From Arenicellales bacterium (GTDB lineage: Bacteria; Pseudomonadota; Gammaproteobacteria; Arenicellales; JAJDZL01), in the NCBI GenBank assembly GCA_965243305.1, contig CBDEUN010000003.1:768465-832464 (forward strand): a stretch of 64,000 bases of DNA, given 5' to 3'. Positions 8,218 through 16,972 of this stretch are shown here, in pieces; position 1 is the stretch's first letter, and each line of letters begins with the position of its first letter. The position numbers and the translations under genes are program-made. Under the pieces are notes generated by a model. The model was not told the origin of the DNA. It saw nothing but the letters and a program-made list of their open reading frames with translations, and did no database searches.

Positions 8218-10797
8218 AGCAATATCAATCACTTCTCAGCGATAAGATTATATCTGGGGGGAAATGAGGCGCTGAGACAACTTTCAATCGACTCATGTTT
8301 GGCCTGCTTATGGATTATATCTGGGGGGAAATGAGGCGCTGAGACAACATTATCGGCATCGTGTGCGAGAAGTGAAAAGATTATATCTGGGGGGAAATGA
8401 GGCGCTGAGACAACCCTCATAATCGGCTGCAGAATCGAATAAGTGATTATATCTGGGGGGAAATGAGGCGCTGAGACAACGATCATCCAGCTCATCCTGC
8501 AGCTCGCCGAGATTATATCTGGGGGGAAATGAGGCGCTGAGACAACTAGCTGAATCCTCGATTGAGGCCAGTTTGTGATTATATCTGGGGGGAAATGAGG
8601 CGCTGAGACAACTTTCGACCGGCTCGGCAAGCCGCGGATCAGGATTATATCTGGGGGGAAATGAGGCGCTGAGACAACGAGCAGCGTAAAAACGCTAACA
8701 CGGGCTTTCGATTATATCTGGGGGGAAATGAGGCGCTGAGACAACGAGTAGGTGTATCTCCGTGAGATATTTCTCGATTATATCTGGGGGGAAATGAGGC
8801 GCTGAGACAACCGGATCGGGGTGGACATGCCGATGGTCGAGGATTATATCTGGGGGGAAATGAGGCGCTGAGACAACATTCTGTTGGCTGTTCCTGATGC
8901 GCCTGGAGATTATATCTGGGGGGAAATGAGGCGCTGAGACAACACTTTCGTCCAGTGTGATTTTCTGTTTGCGGATTATATCTGGGGGGAAATGAGGCGC
9001 TGAGACAACTGATATCCTCAGCCTCGGCGACCGACGCGCGATTATATCTGGGGGGAAATGAGGCGCTGAGACAACTGAACACGCTGGGCACTGGCCGGAC
9101 GCGTAGATTATATCTGGGGGGAAATGAGGCGCTGAGACAACTAAATACCCTTTCTTCTTTGCGGTGTCATCGATTATATCTGGGGGGAAATGAGGCGCTG
9201 AGACAACTTGTTTGAGGTTTTTCCTATTTCGTTGTCAGATTATATCTGGGGGGAAATGAGGCGCTGAGACAACTCCACGCCGCCGCGCTCGAAAACGACT
9301 TTGGATTATATCTGGGGGGAAATGAGGCGCTGAGACAACTCCTTCAGCTGCTTGGCCGTCTTGTCGTAGGATTATATCTGGGGGAAATGAGGCGCTGAGA
9401 CAACCACTGCCGATCGGGCGAAAATCAGGATCCGGATTATATCTGGGGGGAAATGAGGCGCTGAGACAACTCCCGGACGGGAGTGGGACCATGCTGCATC
9501 AGATTATATCTGGGGGGAAATGAGGCGCTGAGACAACATTCAAGCTGAGCCATACAATCTGATCCTGGATTATATCTGGGGGGAAATGAGGCGCTGAGAC
9601 AACTTATAGTTGACTGCATCGCCGTTGAACGGGGATTATATCTGGGGGGAAATGAGGCGCTGAGACAACTCCGGGAGGGTGGTGATGTAATCTTTGTAGG
9701 ATTATATCTGGGGGGAAATGAGGCGCTGAGACAACGCAACCTTGTCGACAACCGTCTCGCGGATCGATTATATCTGGGGGGAAATGAGGCGCTGAGACAA
9801 CTCAGTTAATATTCAATTAGTGCGATTGACCGATTATATCTGGGGGAAATGAGGCGCTGAGACAACTATCCATCCTTCAACACTGGAATTAAATGCGATT
9901 ATATCTGGGGGGAAATGAGGCGCTGAGACAACGCATCCTTTCGAGTGCTGGTCCGCTTTTCAGATTATATCTGGGGGGAAATGAGGCGCTGAGACAACTC
10001 AGATCAGCCCACAATCACGTATTCGGTAGATTATATCTGGGGGGAAATGAGGCGCTGAGACAACATCCAATCTGAGCCATACAATCTGATCCTGGATTAT
10101 ATCTGGGGGGAAATGAGGCGCTGAGACAACGCTTTCTGCAGTTTGATTTTCGTCCTGTTCGATTATATCTGGGGGGAAATGAGGCGCTGAGACAACTGAA
10201 AAGCGTATCCAGAGCATTTGAAAAAAGATTATATCTGGGGGGAAATGAGGCGCTGAGACAACGATCGTCCAGCTCATCCTGCAGCTCGCCGAGGATTATA
10301 TCTGGGGGGAAATGAGGCGCTGAGACAACTCTTTTTTCATCACTTTCCTGTTGATGAGAGATTATATCTGGGGGGAAATGAGGCGCTGAGACAACGCACC
10401 TCCGCCAGTCTTGCTATAGAAATTAGATTATATCTGGGGGGAAATGAGGCGCTGAGACAACTATTTCAGTCCCCTCGACGTATAGCTCACGGATTATATC
10501 TGGGGGGAAATGAGGCGCTGAGACAACCCGGCAACATTCGTCTAATCGCCCGCTGTAGATTATATCTGGGGGGAAATGAGGCGCTGAGACAACCGTCCTT
10601 TGTCCTGTAAGGTACGACCGAACGATTATATCTGGGGGGAAATGAGGCGCTGAGACAACCGTCCTTTGTCCTGTAAGGTACGACCGAACGATTATATCTG
10701 GGGGGAAATGAGGCGCTGAGACAACTATGTGATTGAACGATATGAGCTAGGTATGGATTATATCTGGGGGGAAATGAGGCGCTGAGACAACCTACAA

Positions 10798-12555
10798 CCC
10801 TAATCCTCAGTTAGAGACTGCCAGCGGCGGCTAAGGCGAGATTTTCGGCACTCTGGCGGTTCGAAGCGCCAGGATTTTCCAAACCATCAAGCCACACACC
10901 GAAATCGGTGACCATTTTACCCGGCTGAACCCACTGCGAAGCGAATCTGGCGGCTCAGCAGCAAATCCGGCGCAAGCCTGTCCCTGACAGTAGACTGACT
11001 GCCATGATCTGTAGTGTAAAGCCGTTTCAGAACGAATGAGAAGTCAGGACAGGCTGCAGCGGCGGATGGCCCAAAGCGACTGTTCCAGGACAGGAAGTTT
11101 GGCCGCACTGACTTTCAGGGTCCACTGCCGCGCATGGCGAACCACCTGTCCGGCCATCGCATACAGTCGGTGACGGAAACTGATCGCCCGCACGCCATAC
11201 CACTCCTGCGGCAGTTTCATGCGCATCAGCGCAAGCAGATTGAAGGCAATCGAAGACAGAAGCAGGTACGCGACATTGGCTTTGAACTCGCCGCACGGCA
11301 GATGCGCCGCGCTGAAGTCACTGCGAATTTCCTTGAGCCGGTTTTCCGAGCTGTCCCCTCTCTGGTTGTACCACCATACAATCTCGCCGTCACTGAAGCG
11401 GTCCAGGTCCAGATCGGTCGCAATCGCCCGGTAGATGTACCTGCCGCTGACCGCACTTTGCACATCGACCTGGTGCAGGCCTTCATTTTTGAAAACCATC
11501 TTCAGCTGCTCAGTCCCGTCAGGCATCCCAGCGTCGGCCGGCAGCTTGTCCCGCACCCATTTTTTCTGCACCACCAGACAGAAAGCCTCAGGCACATCTT
11601 CCATCACATGCAGCGTACGGGCCAGATACTCGCCTTCCAATACCGCACCGTCGGCATTCACAACCGCATTCCAATCCTCATCCTTAATGTCCAGTACCGT
11701 TTTCTTCACCGCACTGTCCATCTTCGCCCGAATCGCAAAACGGATGCCGTGTGCGCGGCAATCATTGATGATGCCCGCCTGATAGGAGGCGGCATCGGCC
11801 CGGAAGCGAGTGACACCCACCCCTTCGGGCAGCGCCGCGCGGCAGCGCCGGAAAAACTCAACATTCTCAGCCCCAGGCGGCACATTGCCCTCGCGAAGCT
11901 CAGCCGCAGCCACCTGACCGGTCTCGGCAATGTGACCGAACATCGGCATGTACCCGCGATGCTTCTTATACGTCCACTTCGCGTCTTTTTTCTTCGACCG
12001 AATCGCCGATGCGTCAATGTCCAAAGTGACGCACTTTCGATCACCCAGCGTCGCTTTCATCACCGCGCGGTTGACCTGCTCGAGAACCGAGATCATCTGT
12101 CGACTGTCGCCGACTCTGTGAAGCCATCCACCCAGCGTCGTGGCACAGGGAATCGTCCCAAAACCCAACAGCTTCATCAGCGCCGGTTCACTGCGCAGGT
12201 GGCGCACATCGTCGATGCACCCCGCACCTTCGTGGAACATCAGCATGAAGGTATTGAAAATGGCGCTGTGCCGGTAGCCTCGATTGCTGCCGGGTGTGGG
12301 CATTGACGAATCAATGAGCTGTGACAGCTCAAGGCGCTTGAGCAGTTCGGCTGGCACCACCAGACCGGCTCTGGAGGTGAAATTGTGGCAGCTTGCCGCA
12401 GTGTTGTATGGTAGAATCTTCATAAGCCTTGCGAAATCTGAGAGCCGTTTCGAATTCACCCATTGGGTGAATGCCGAATTGGGCGTTTTTTTCAATATCT
12501 CTCTGATTTTACAGGGCTTTATCATTTTCTGCAACTTTTTATTTGCGGATCAGGG
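10798..12555 (-). mobile_element. IS1380-family insertion sequence, copy A (1758 bp), inside CRISPR spacer 39
   Basis: The ends are CCCTAATCC... and ...GGATCAGGG (imperfect inverted repeats starting CC). The 5-bp TSD TACAA lies at 10793-10797 and 12556-12560. Removing the IS and one TSD copy restores a 30-nt spacer, CTACAAGCGCATTATTCATAGCGCGTCTCT. Confidence 0.9.
11044..12534 (-). CDS. IS1380-family DDE transposase (copy A)
   Basis: 496 aa. VTLDIDASAIRSKKKDAKWTYKKHRGYMPMFGHIAETGQVAAAELREGNVPPGAENVEFFRRC ... RFRADAASYQAGIIN ... WWYNQRGDSSENRLKEIRSDF follows the IS1380/ISEcp1-like pattern. Confidence 0.85.
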   Translation of the reverse strand: MQKMIKPCKIREILKKTPNSAFTQWVNSKRLSDFARLMKILPYNTAASCHNFTSRAGLVVPAELLKRLELSQLIDSSMPTPGSNRGYRHSAIFNTFMLMFHEGAGCIDDVRHLRSEPALMKLLGFGTIPCATTLGGWLHRVGDSRQMISVLEQVNRAVMKATLGDRKCVTLDIDASAIRSKKKDAKWTYKKHRGYMPMFGHIAETGQVAAAELREGNVPPGAENVEFFRRCRAALPEGVGVTRFRADAASYQAGIINDCRAHGIRFAIRAKMDSAVKKTVLDIKDEDWNAVVNADGAVLEGEYLARTLHVMEDVPEAFCLVVQKKWVRDKLPADAGMPDGTEQLKMVFKNEGLHQVDVQSAVSGRYIYRAIATDLDLDRFSDGEIVWWYNQRGDSSENRLKEIRSDFSAAHLPCGEFKANVAYLLLSSIAFNLLALMRMKLPQEWYGVRAISFRHRLYAMAGQVVRHARQWTLKVSAAKLPVLEQSLWAIRRCSLS

Positions 12556-13132
12556 TACAAGCGCATTATTCATAGCGCGTCTCTGATTATATCTGGGGGG
12601 AAATGAGGCGCTGAGACAACTAAGTCACACCTATCACCGAAAAAAGATCAGATTATATCTGGGGGAAATGAGGCGCTGAGACAACTCTGGCCCAGGGCGG
12701 CTCCGCGTTGGAGGTGATTATATCTGGGGGGAAATGAGGCGCTGAGACAACCACTCGACATCAACAGTGTAGTCGGCGGAGGATTATATCTGGGGGGAAA
12801 TGAGGCGCTGAGACAACGCTGCCACTGTGGTGCACCGCCAGTGCTTGAGATTATATCTGGGGGGAAATGAGGCGCTGAGACAACTAAGGCGGCTGCATCA
12901 CCCGTCGGGGTTTCGATTATATCTGGGGGGAAATGAGGCGCTGAGACAACTTATTCATATTTGTCTGACATTGCAGTCGGGATTATATCTGGAGGGAGGG
13001 GGAATGAGGCGCTGAGACAACCAGAATAGATTTTCTACTCTGTAATTGTCAGCGTGATACTTCTAGAATGAGTTTATCAGGAATGATGCAATAGCATTAA
13101 AACTTCTTCTACAACGTCATGTAATCCAAAGA

Positions 13133-14005
13133 TCAGTTAGTGTTATCATTTCGTTGACCTACAAGTGCGCCCCACTCACCCATACACTCAGTAAAAAAAC
13201 TAAAGGTATGCGCGTATGTGTTGCATACCTGGTCGATTTGCGATTGTAGAAAGCCGGACAAAATCAACCAGCCAACAGGCCGGGTTAACCGAATCAATTC
13301 ATCACTCAAACCAACTAGTGCATCTGCAAATATGTTCGCAACAACGATGTCCGCCTGAAATGAGTTTGGAAGTTCTGCGGGTAAACTGCACCGATATTTG
13401 CCATCGACACCGTTTAGCACCGCATTATCCCGACTGTCTGTCAGTGCATCTGGATCAATATCAATGCCCCATGCAAACTCCGCACCTAGTTGCAATGCAG
13501 CTATCGCCAGAACCCCGCTACCGCAACCATAGTCAATAACGCTGCATCCCTTAAGTTCCATACCCGAAAGTAGCTTTGCACACAACCAGGTCGTTTCATG
13601 ATGACCGGTACCGAAAGAAGTTCCAGGGTTGATAATTATGCTCATCCGATCATCTTCAGAGATGTCATGCCAGGGAGCGATAATTCTTAAGTATTGACCT
13701 ACCTCAACAGGTTCCAGATTCTGCTGTGATTCGCCAACCCAATCCCGATCAGCGAGCAGAGCTTGAGTGACTTGAAAGTTTTGATCCTTAGATCTGAACT
13801 TTTCTACTTCCGCCTGAACCGACGGCAACCCCTCGAAATCCGGACTGTACAAAGCTTCAACACCTGTACGTTTAGAATCTGAAACCAGGGTGGATACTGA
13901 AAGTGCACCCGAATCCTCCAGGACTGCGCTAATCAAATCGGCTTGCTCACTGAGACAATCGATATAGATTTTCACCCAACCGGGATTGCCCGAAATCGCT
14001 GTCAA
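13133..14005 (-). CDS. prmA: Ribosomal protein L11 methyltransferase
   Basis: 290 aa. [22 protein letters not shown]...[20 protein letters not shown]. Sits downstream of accBC as in other gammaproteobacteria. Confidence 0.85.
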   Translation of the reverse strand: MTAISGNPGWVKIYIDCLSEQADLISAVLEDSGALSVSTLVSDSKRTGVEALYSPDFEGLPSVQAEVEKFRSKDQNFQVTQALLADRDWVGESQQNLEPVEVGQYLRIIAPWHDISEDDRMSIIINPGTSFGTGHHETTWLCAKLLSGMELKGCSVIDYGCGSGVLAIAALQLGAEFAWGIDIDPDALTDSRDNAVLNGVDGKYRCSLPAELPNSFQADIVVANIFADALVGLSDELIRLTRPVGWLILSGFLQSQIDQVCNTYAHTFSFFTECMGEWGALVGQRNDNTN

Positions 14006-15342
14006 TTGTTCAGGGAACGCTCCAGGTAGTTGATATCAACGATACCACGCCGAAATTTATTTTTTCCAAGGACTTTCTGATGCAGTGCCGTTGTTGTCTC
14101 AACCCCTTCAATCACCAGTTCTTCCAAAGCACCTCGCATCCTAGCGAGTGCTTCATTTCGATCGCTTCCATAAGTAATAATCTTTGCGATCAATGAATCG
14201 TAATGCGTGGTGATCTCGAAATTGGTGTAAATATGAGAGTCAATTCGCACACCTGGTCCACCTGGTGGATGGTAACGGGTGATGACACCCGGGGAAGGCA
14301 TCAGCGATTCGGGGTGCTCAGCGTTGATCCGACATTCAATAGAATGGCCGGTAATCTTGACTTCGTCCTGAGTCATTCGCAACGGTTCTGAAGCTGCAAT
14401 TCGAATCTGTTCCTTGACAATATCAATGCCTGTTACAAATTCGGTCACTGTATGCTCAACCTGTACGCGGGTGTTCATCTCAATAAAGAAAAACTGCTCA
14501 CCATCGTACAGAAACTCAAATGTTCCCGCACCAAGATAGCCAATTTCTTTACACGCTGCAACACAGCTTTCTCCCAACTGACGGCGTTGTTCGTCGGGGA
14601 TTCCAAATGCTGGCGCTTCCTCAATGAGTTTCTGTCGACGTCTCTGAATGGAGCAGTCCCGGTCACCAAGATAAATGGCATCTCCATAGCTGTCTGCTAG
14701 TACCTGAATCTCAATGTGCCGGGGATTATTCAAGAATTTTTCCATATAGAGTGTTGAGTCTCCGAATCCGTGACTCGACTCACCTTGTGAAATCGCAAGC
14801 GCGTTTTCGAGTTGTGATTCGTCTTCAACCAAACGCAGTCCCTTGCCTCCACCTCCAGCAGCAGCCTTGATCAGAATTGGGTATCCGATCGCTTTGGCTT
14901 GCGCTTTAATCTCATCAAGATCGTTGCCTAGTGCACCACCCGAACCGGGCACACACTGCAGTCCTGATTTTTCCATGGTTTTGATCGCCGCGATTTTGTC
15001 ACCCATGAGACTAATCGAAGCGGCTGAGGGGCCGATAAAAATGAAACCGCTTTGTTGAACGCGCTCCGCAAAGTCTGAATTTTCGGCCAAGAACCCATAG
15101 CCGGGATGAATGGCACTGGCATTCGTCACTTCTGCTGCGGCAATGACTGCAGGAATATTCAGATAGCTCTGAGTTGCCGAAGCTGGACCAATGCAAACCG
15201 ATTCATCAGCAAGTTTTACATATTTGGCATCCCGGTCAATCTCCGAGTGCAGAGCAACGGTGGCAATTCCAAGATCGCGGCAGGCGCGCAGGATACGAAG
15301 GGCAATCTCGCCACGATTGGCGATAACAACTTTTTCGATCAT
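14002..15342 (-). CDS. accC: Acetyl-CoA carboxylase, biotin carboxylase subunit
   Basis: 446 aa. [26 protein letters not shown]... with an ATP-grasp core and [14 protein letters not shown]. Confidence 0.95.
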   Translation of the reverse strand: MIEKVVIANRGEIALRILRACRDLGIATVALHSEIDRDAKYVKLADESVCIGPASATQSYLNIPAVIAAAEVTNASAIHPGYGFLAENSDFAERVQQSGFIFIGPSAASISLMGDKIAAIKTMEKSGLQCVPGSGGALGNDLDEIKAQAKAIGYPILIKAAAGGGGKGLRLVEDESQLENALAISQGESSHGFGDSTLYMEKFLNNPRHIEIQVLADSYGDAIYLGDRDCSIQRRRQKLIEEAPAFGIPDEQRRQLGESCVAACKEIGYLGAGTFEFLYDGEQFFFIEMNTRVQVEHTVTEFVTGIDIVKEQIRIAASEPLRMTQDEVKITGHSIECRINAEHPESLMPSPGVITRYHPPGGPGVRIDSHIYTNFEITTHYDSLIAKIITYGSDRNEALARMRGALEELVIEGVETTTALHQKVLGKNKFRRGIVDINYLERSLNN

Positions 15343-15791
15343 TCACTCAAAATGAACAGCGGTTCACCATACTCAACCGGGTCGCCATTGTCTTTCAGAA
15401 TTTTTAGAATGGTTCCGCTGTGCTCAGCTTCAATCTGATTGAAGATTTTCATCGCTTCAATCAGACACAATGGCTGGCCTACAGTTACCGAATCCCCAAC
15501 TTTCACAAAGGCGTCATCCGTAGGTGAAGGAGAGGAAAAAAACGTTCCAACCATGGGCGAAAGAACCGAAATGGTGTGCTCATCTTCAACTTCGTCGTCA
15601 TCCACATGAATTTCACTCAATGACTGAGTATCTGGCATCGGAACATGAACAACCTGCTGTTGGGGTGAACCCGGCAGTGTCGACGTCGCCCGTGAAAGCC
15701 GGATGGATTCTTCGCCTTCGTGAATCTCAATCTCGGTTAAATTGGTATGATTGAATATCTCAATTAGCTTTCTTATTTTTCGAAGATCCAT
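15339..15791 (-). CDS. accB: Acetyl-CoA carboxylase, biotin carboxyl carrier protein
   Basis: [11 protein letters not shown]... and the biotinylation motif [18 protein letters not shown] 15791 is preferred over the TTG 15800 used in the ORF track. Confidence 0.9.
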   Translation of the reverse strand: MDLRKIRKLIEIFNHTNLTEIEIHEGEESIRLSRATSTLPGSPQQQVVHVPMPDTQSLSEIHVDDDEVEDEHTISVLSPMVGTFFSSPSPTDDAFVKVGDSVTVGQPLCLIEAMKIFNQIEAEHSGTILKILKDNGDPVEYGEPLFILSE

Positions 15792-15796
15792 ATAGA

Positions 15797-16249
15797 TCAA
15801 CCATTGGCTTTTTCTGCTATATACGAAATGGCAGCCTGTACACCAAACTCGTAGCCCTGGGCACCTAGACCGCAGATGACCCCGACTGCAATGTCTGATA
15901 AAAATGAATGATGACGAAATTCTTCTCTACTAAAGACATTTGACAGGTGGACTTCGATAAAAGGAACTTCAGCAGCAATCATGGCATCCCGTAGCGCCAC
16001 ACTGGTGTGTGTGAATGCAGCGGGATTGATTACGATAAAGTCGGTACCATCTATCGCGGCTGACTGTATGAAGTCAACCAATTCATGCTCCGCATTGCTC
16101 TGTCTGGAAATTAACTCATGCCCTGCCTTCGACGCGATGTCAGTTATGCGCTGATTGATCTCGCCAAGTGTGAGCCCACCGTAAAGGTGCGGTTCTCTTG
16201 TACCGAGTAAGTTGAGATTGGGTCCATGCAGAACCAGAATTTGAGACAT
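15797..16249 (-). CDS. aroQ: 3-dehydroquinate dehydratase, type II
   Basis: 150 aa. [21 protein letters not shown]...[16 protein letters not shown]. Confidence 0.9.
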   Translation of the reverse strand: MSQILVLHGPNLNLLGTREPHLYGGLTLGEINQRITDIASKAGHELISRQSNAEHELVDFIQSAAIDGTDFIVINPAAFTHTSVALRDAMIAAEVPFIEVHLSNVFSREEFRHHSFLSDIAVGVICGLGAQGYEFGVQAAISYIAEKANG

Positions 16250-16378
16250 AACTGTATGCAGAAGTTGTAGATAGTATTATTTTAGCCGAAGTTGGACGCT
16301 TTTCTTATAATTTTAAATGCAATAGATTGCATTTTTGTTATTTTTGAAACCGATGGATTAACTAAATCCGGTTCAATT

Positions 16379-16930
16379 TCATTCAATCAGATATTCCAGA
16401 TCCCGCTCATCTAGTGGACCAGCCTTGGTGAAGAATCGTTTCCCGGACTTGTCAAAGGCAACTGAGTACGGCAGTACCGAATCTGTATTCTGGTAATCGA
16501 CCAGCAATTCATTTACAAACGTCTGGTTTAACATTAAAGATGGAAATCTGATCTCGTGTTTCTTCAGAAATAACTTAGCGGGTCCTTCCTGATCGATTAC
16601 GATTCCAATGATCTGAATGGAATTGTGTTCCGAGTTGAATCGGTCTAGAAGTGGCATTTCTTCGACGCAAGGTGGACACCAGCTACCCCAGAAATTGAGC
16701 AGTACCACTTTGTTTGCCCAGTCGTCAACCGTTACCGGACCTGAGTTTAAGACTTTCCAATGTTCTTCAAATTTTCGTAATTGATCAATGGACTGACCAG
16801 GTTTGGCAGGTTCCATTATCCATTTGTGCCAAGTGAGTCCGGCCGCAAGCGACGTCAGTGCGACGCAAAAGACTAGAGCAACGACGATGATTCGCCTTCT
16901 GGAAGAACCTGCACTGGTAGGACCAGACAA
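16379..16930 (-). CDS. Membrane-anchored thioredoxin-like (TlpA/ResA family) thiol:disulfide oxidoreductase
   Basis: 183 aa with an N-terminal TM helix and the active site FWGSWCPPC. Immediately downstream of dsbD. Confidence 0.75.
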   Translation of the reverse strand: MSGPTSAGSSRRRIIVVALVFCVALTSLAAGLTWHKWIMEPAKPGQSIDQLRKFEEHWKVLNSGPVTVDDWANKVVLLNFWGSWCPPCVEEMPLLDRFNSEHNSIQIIGIVIDQEGPAKLFLKKHEIRFPSLMLNQTFVNELLVDYQNTDSVLPYSVAFDKSGKRFFTKAGPLDERDLEYLIE

Positions 16931-16972
16931 AACTGTGAGACCGGATAAGAGTGGTTACTGGTCAGTCTGGAA

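Larger units (their letters stand above)
8246..13021 (-). CRISPR. CRISPR array: 46 repeats and 45 spacers, with spacer 39 split by an IS element; crRNA sense inferred on the minus strand
   Basis: The plus-strand repeat is GATTATATCTGGGGGGAAATGAGGCGCTGAGACAAC (36 nt). Repeat starts are 8246, 8313, 8379 ... 10756, then 12585 ... 12981. Spacers are 30-31 nt. The minus-strand reading GTTGTCTCAGCGCCTCATTTCCCCCCAGATATAATC has the GTTGT...CTCATTTC...AAT layout of Neisseria-type II-C repeats. Three repeats (9370, 9832, 12651) carry G5 instead of G6. The last repeat (12981-13021) is a 41-nt degenerate variant. Confidence 0.95.

Noticed and set aside
8229-10277. ORFs across the CRISPR array (e.g. 8229..8630, 8645..9091, 9437..9751, 9999..10277, 12827..13015) with reiterated peptides such as VVSAPHFPPDII and CLSASFPPRYN
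   Set aside because: The periodic peptides are simply the translated repeat. The 66-nt period keeps frames open.
11134-12306. 390-aa plus-strand ORF (and its twin at 20788..21960) antisense to the IS1380 transposase, plus smaller nested ORFs
   Set aside because: This is a mirror-frame ORF in a GC-rich gene. Its low-complexity R/H/P-rich sequence has no motifs, while the minus-strand transposase has clear DDE-family features.
12981-13132. The 41-nt variant repeat plus the 110-nt AT-rich tail as the tracrRNA (plus strand)
   Set aside because: It would pair almost perfectly with the repeat (18 + 10 bp around a 5-nt insertion) rather than showing a lower stem / bulge / upper stem. Only weak hairpins follow (CAGAaTAG/CTAcTCTG and TGATGC/GCATTA), and there is no terminator before the prmA stop. 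The 1893-1978 candidate has canonical geometry and a real terminator. I treat this as the degenerate terminal repeat.
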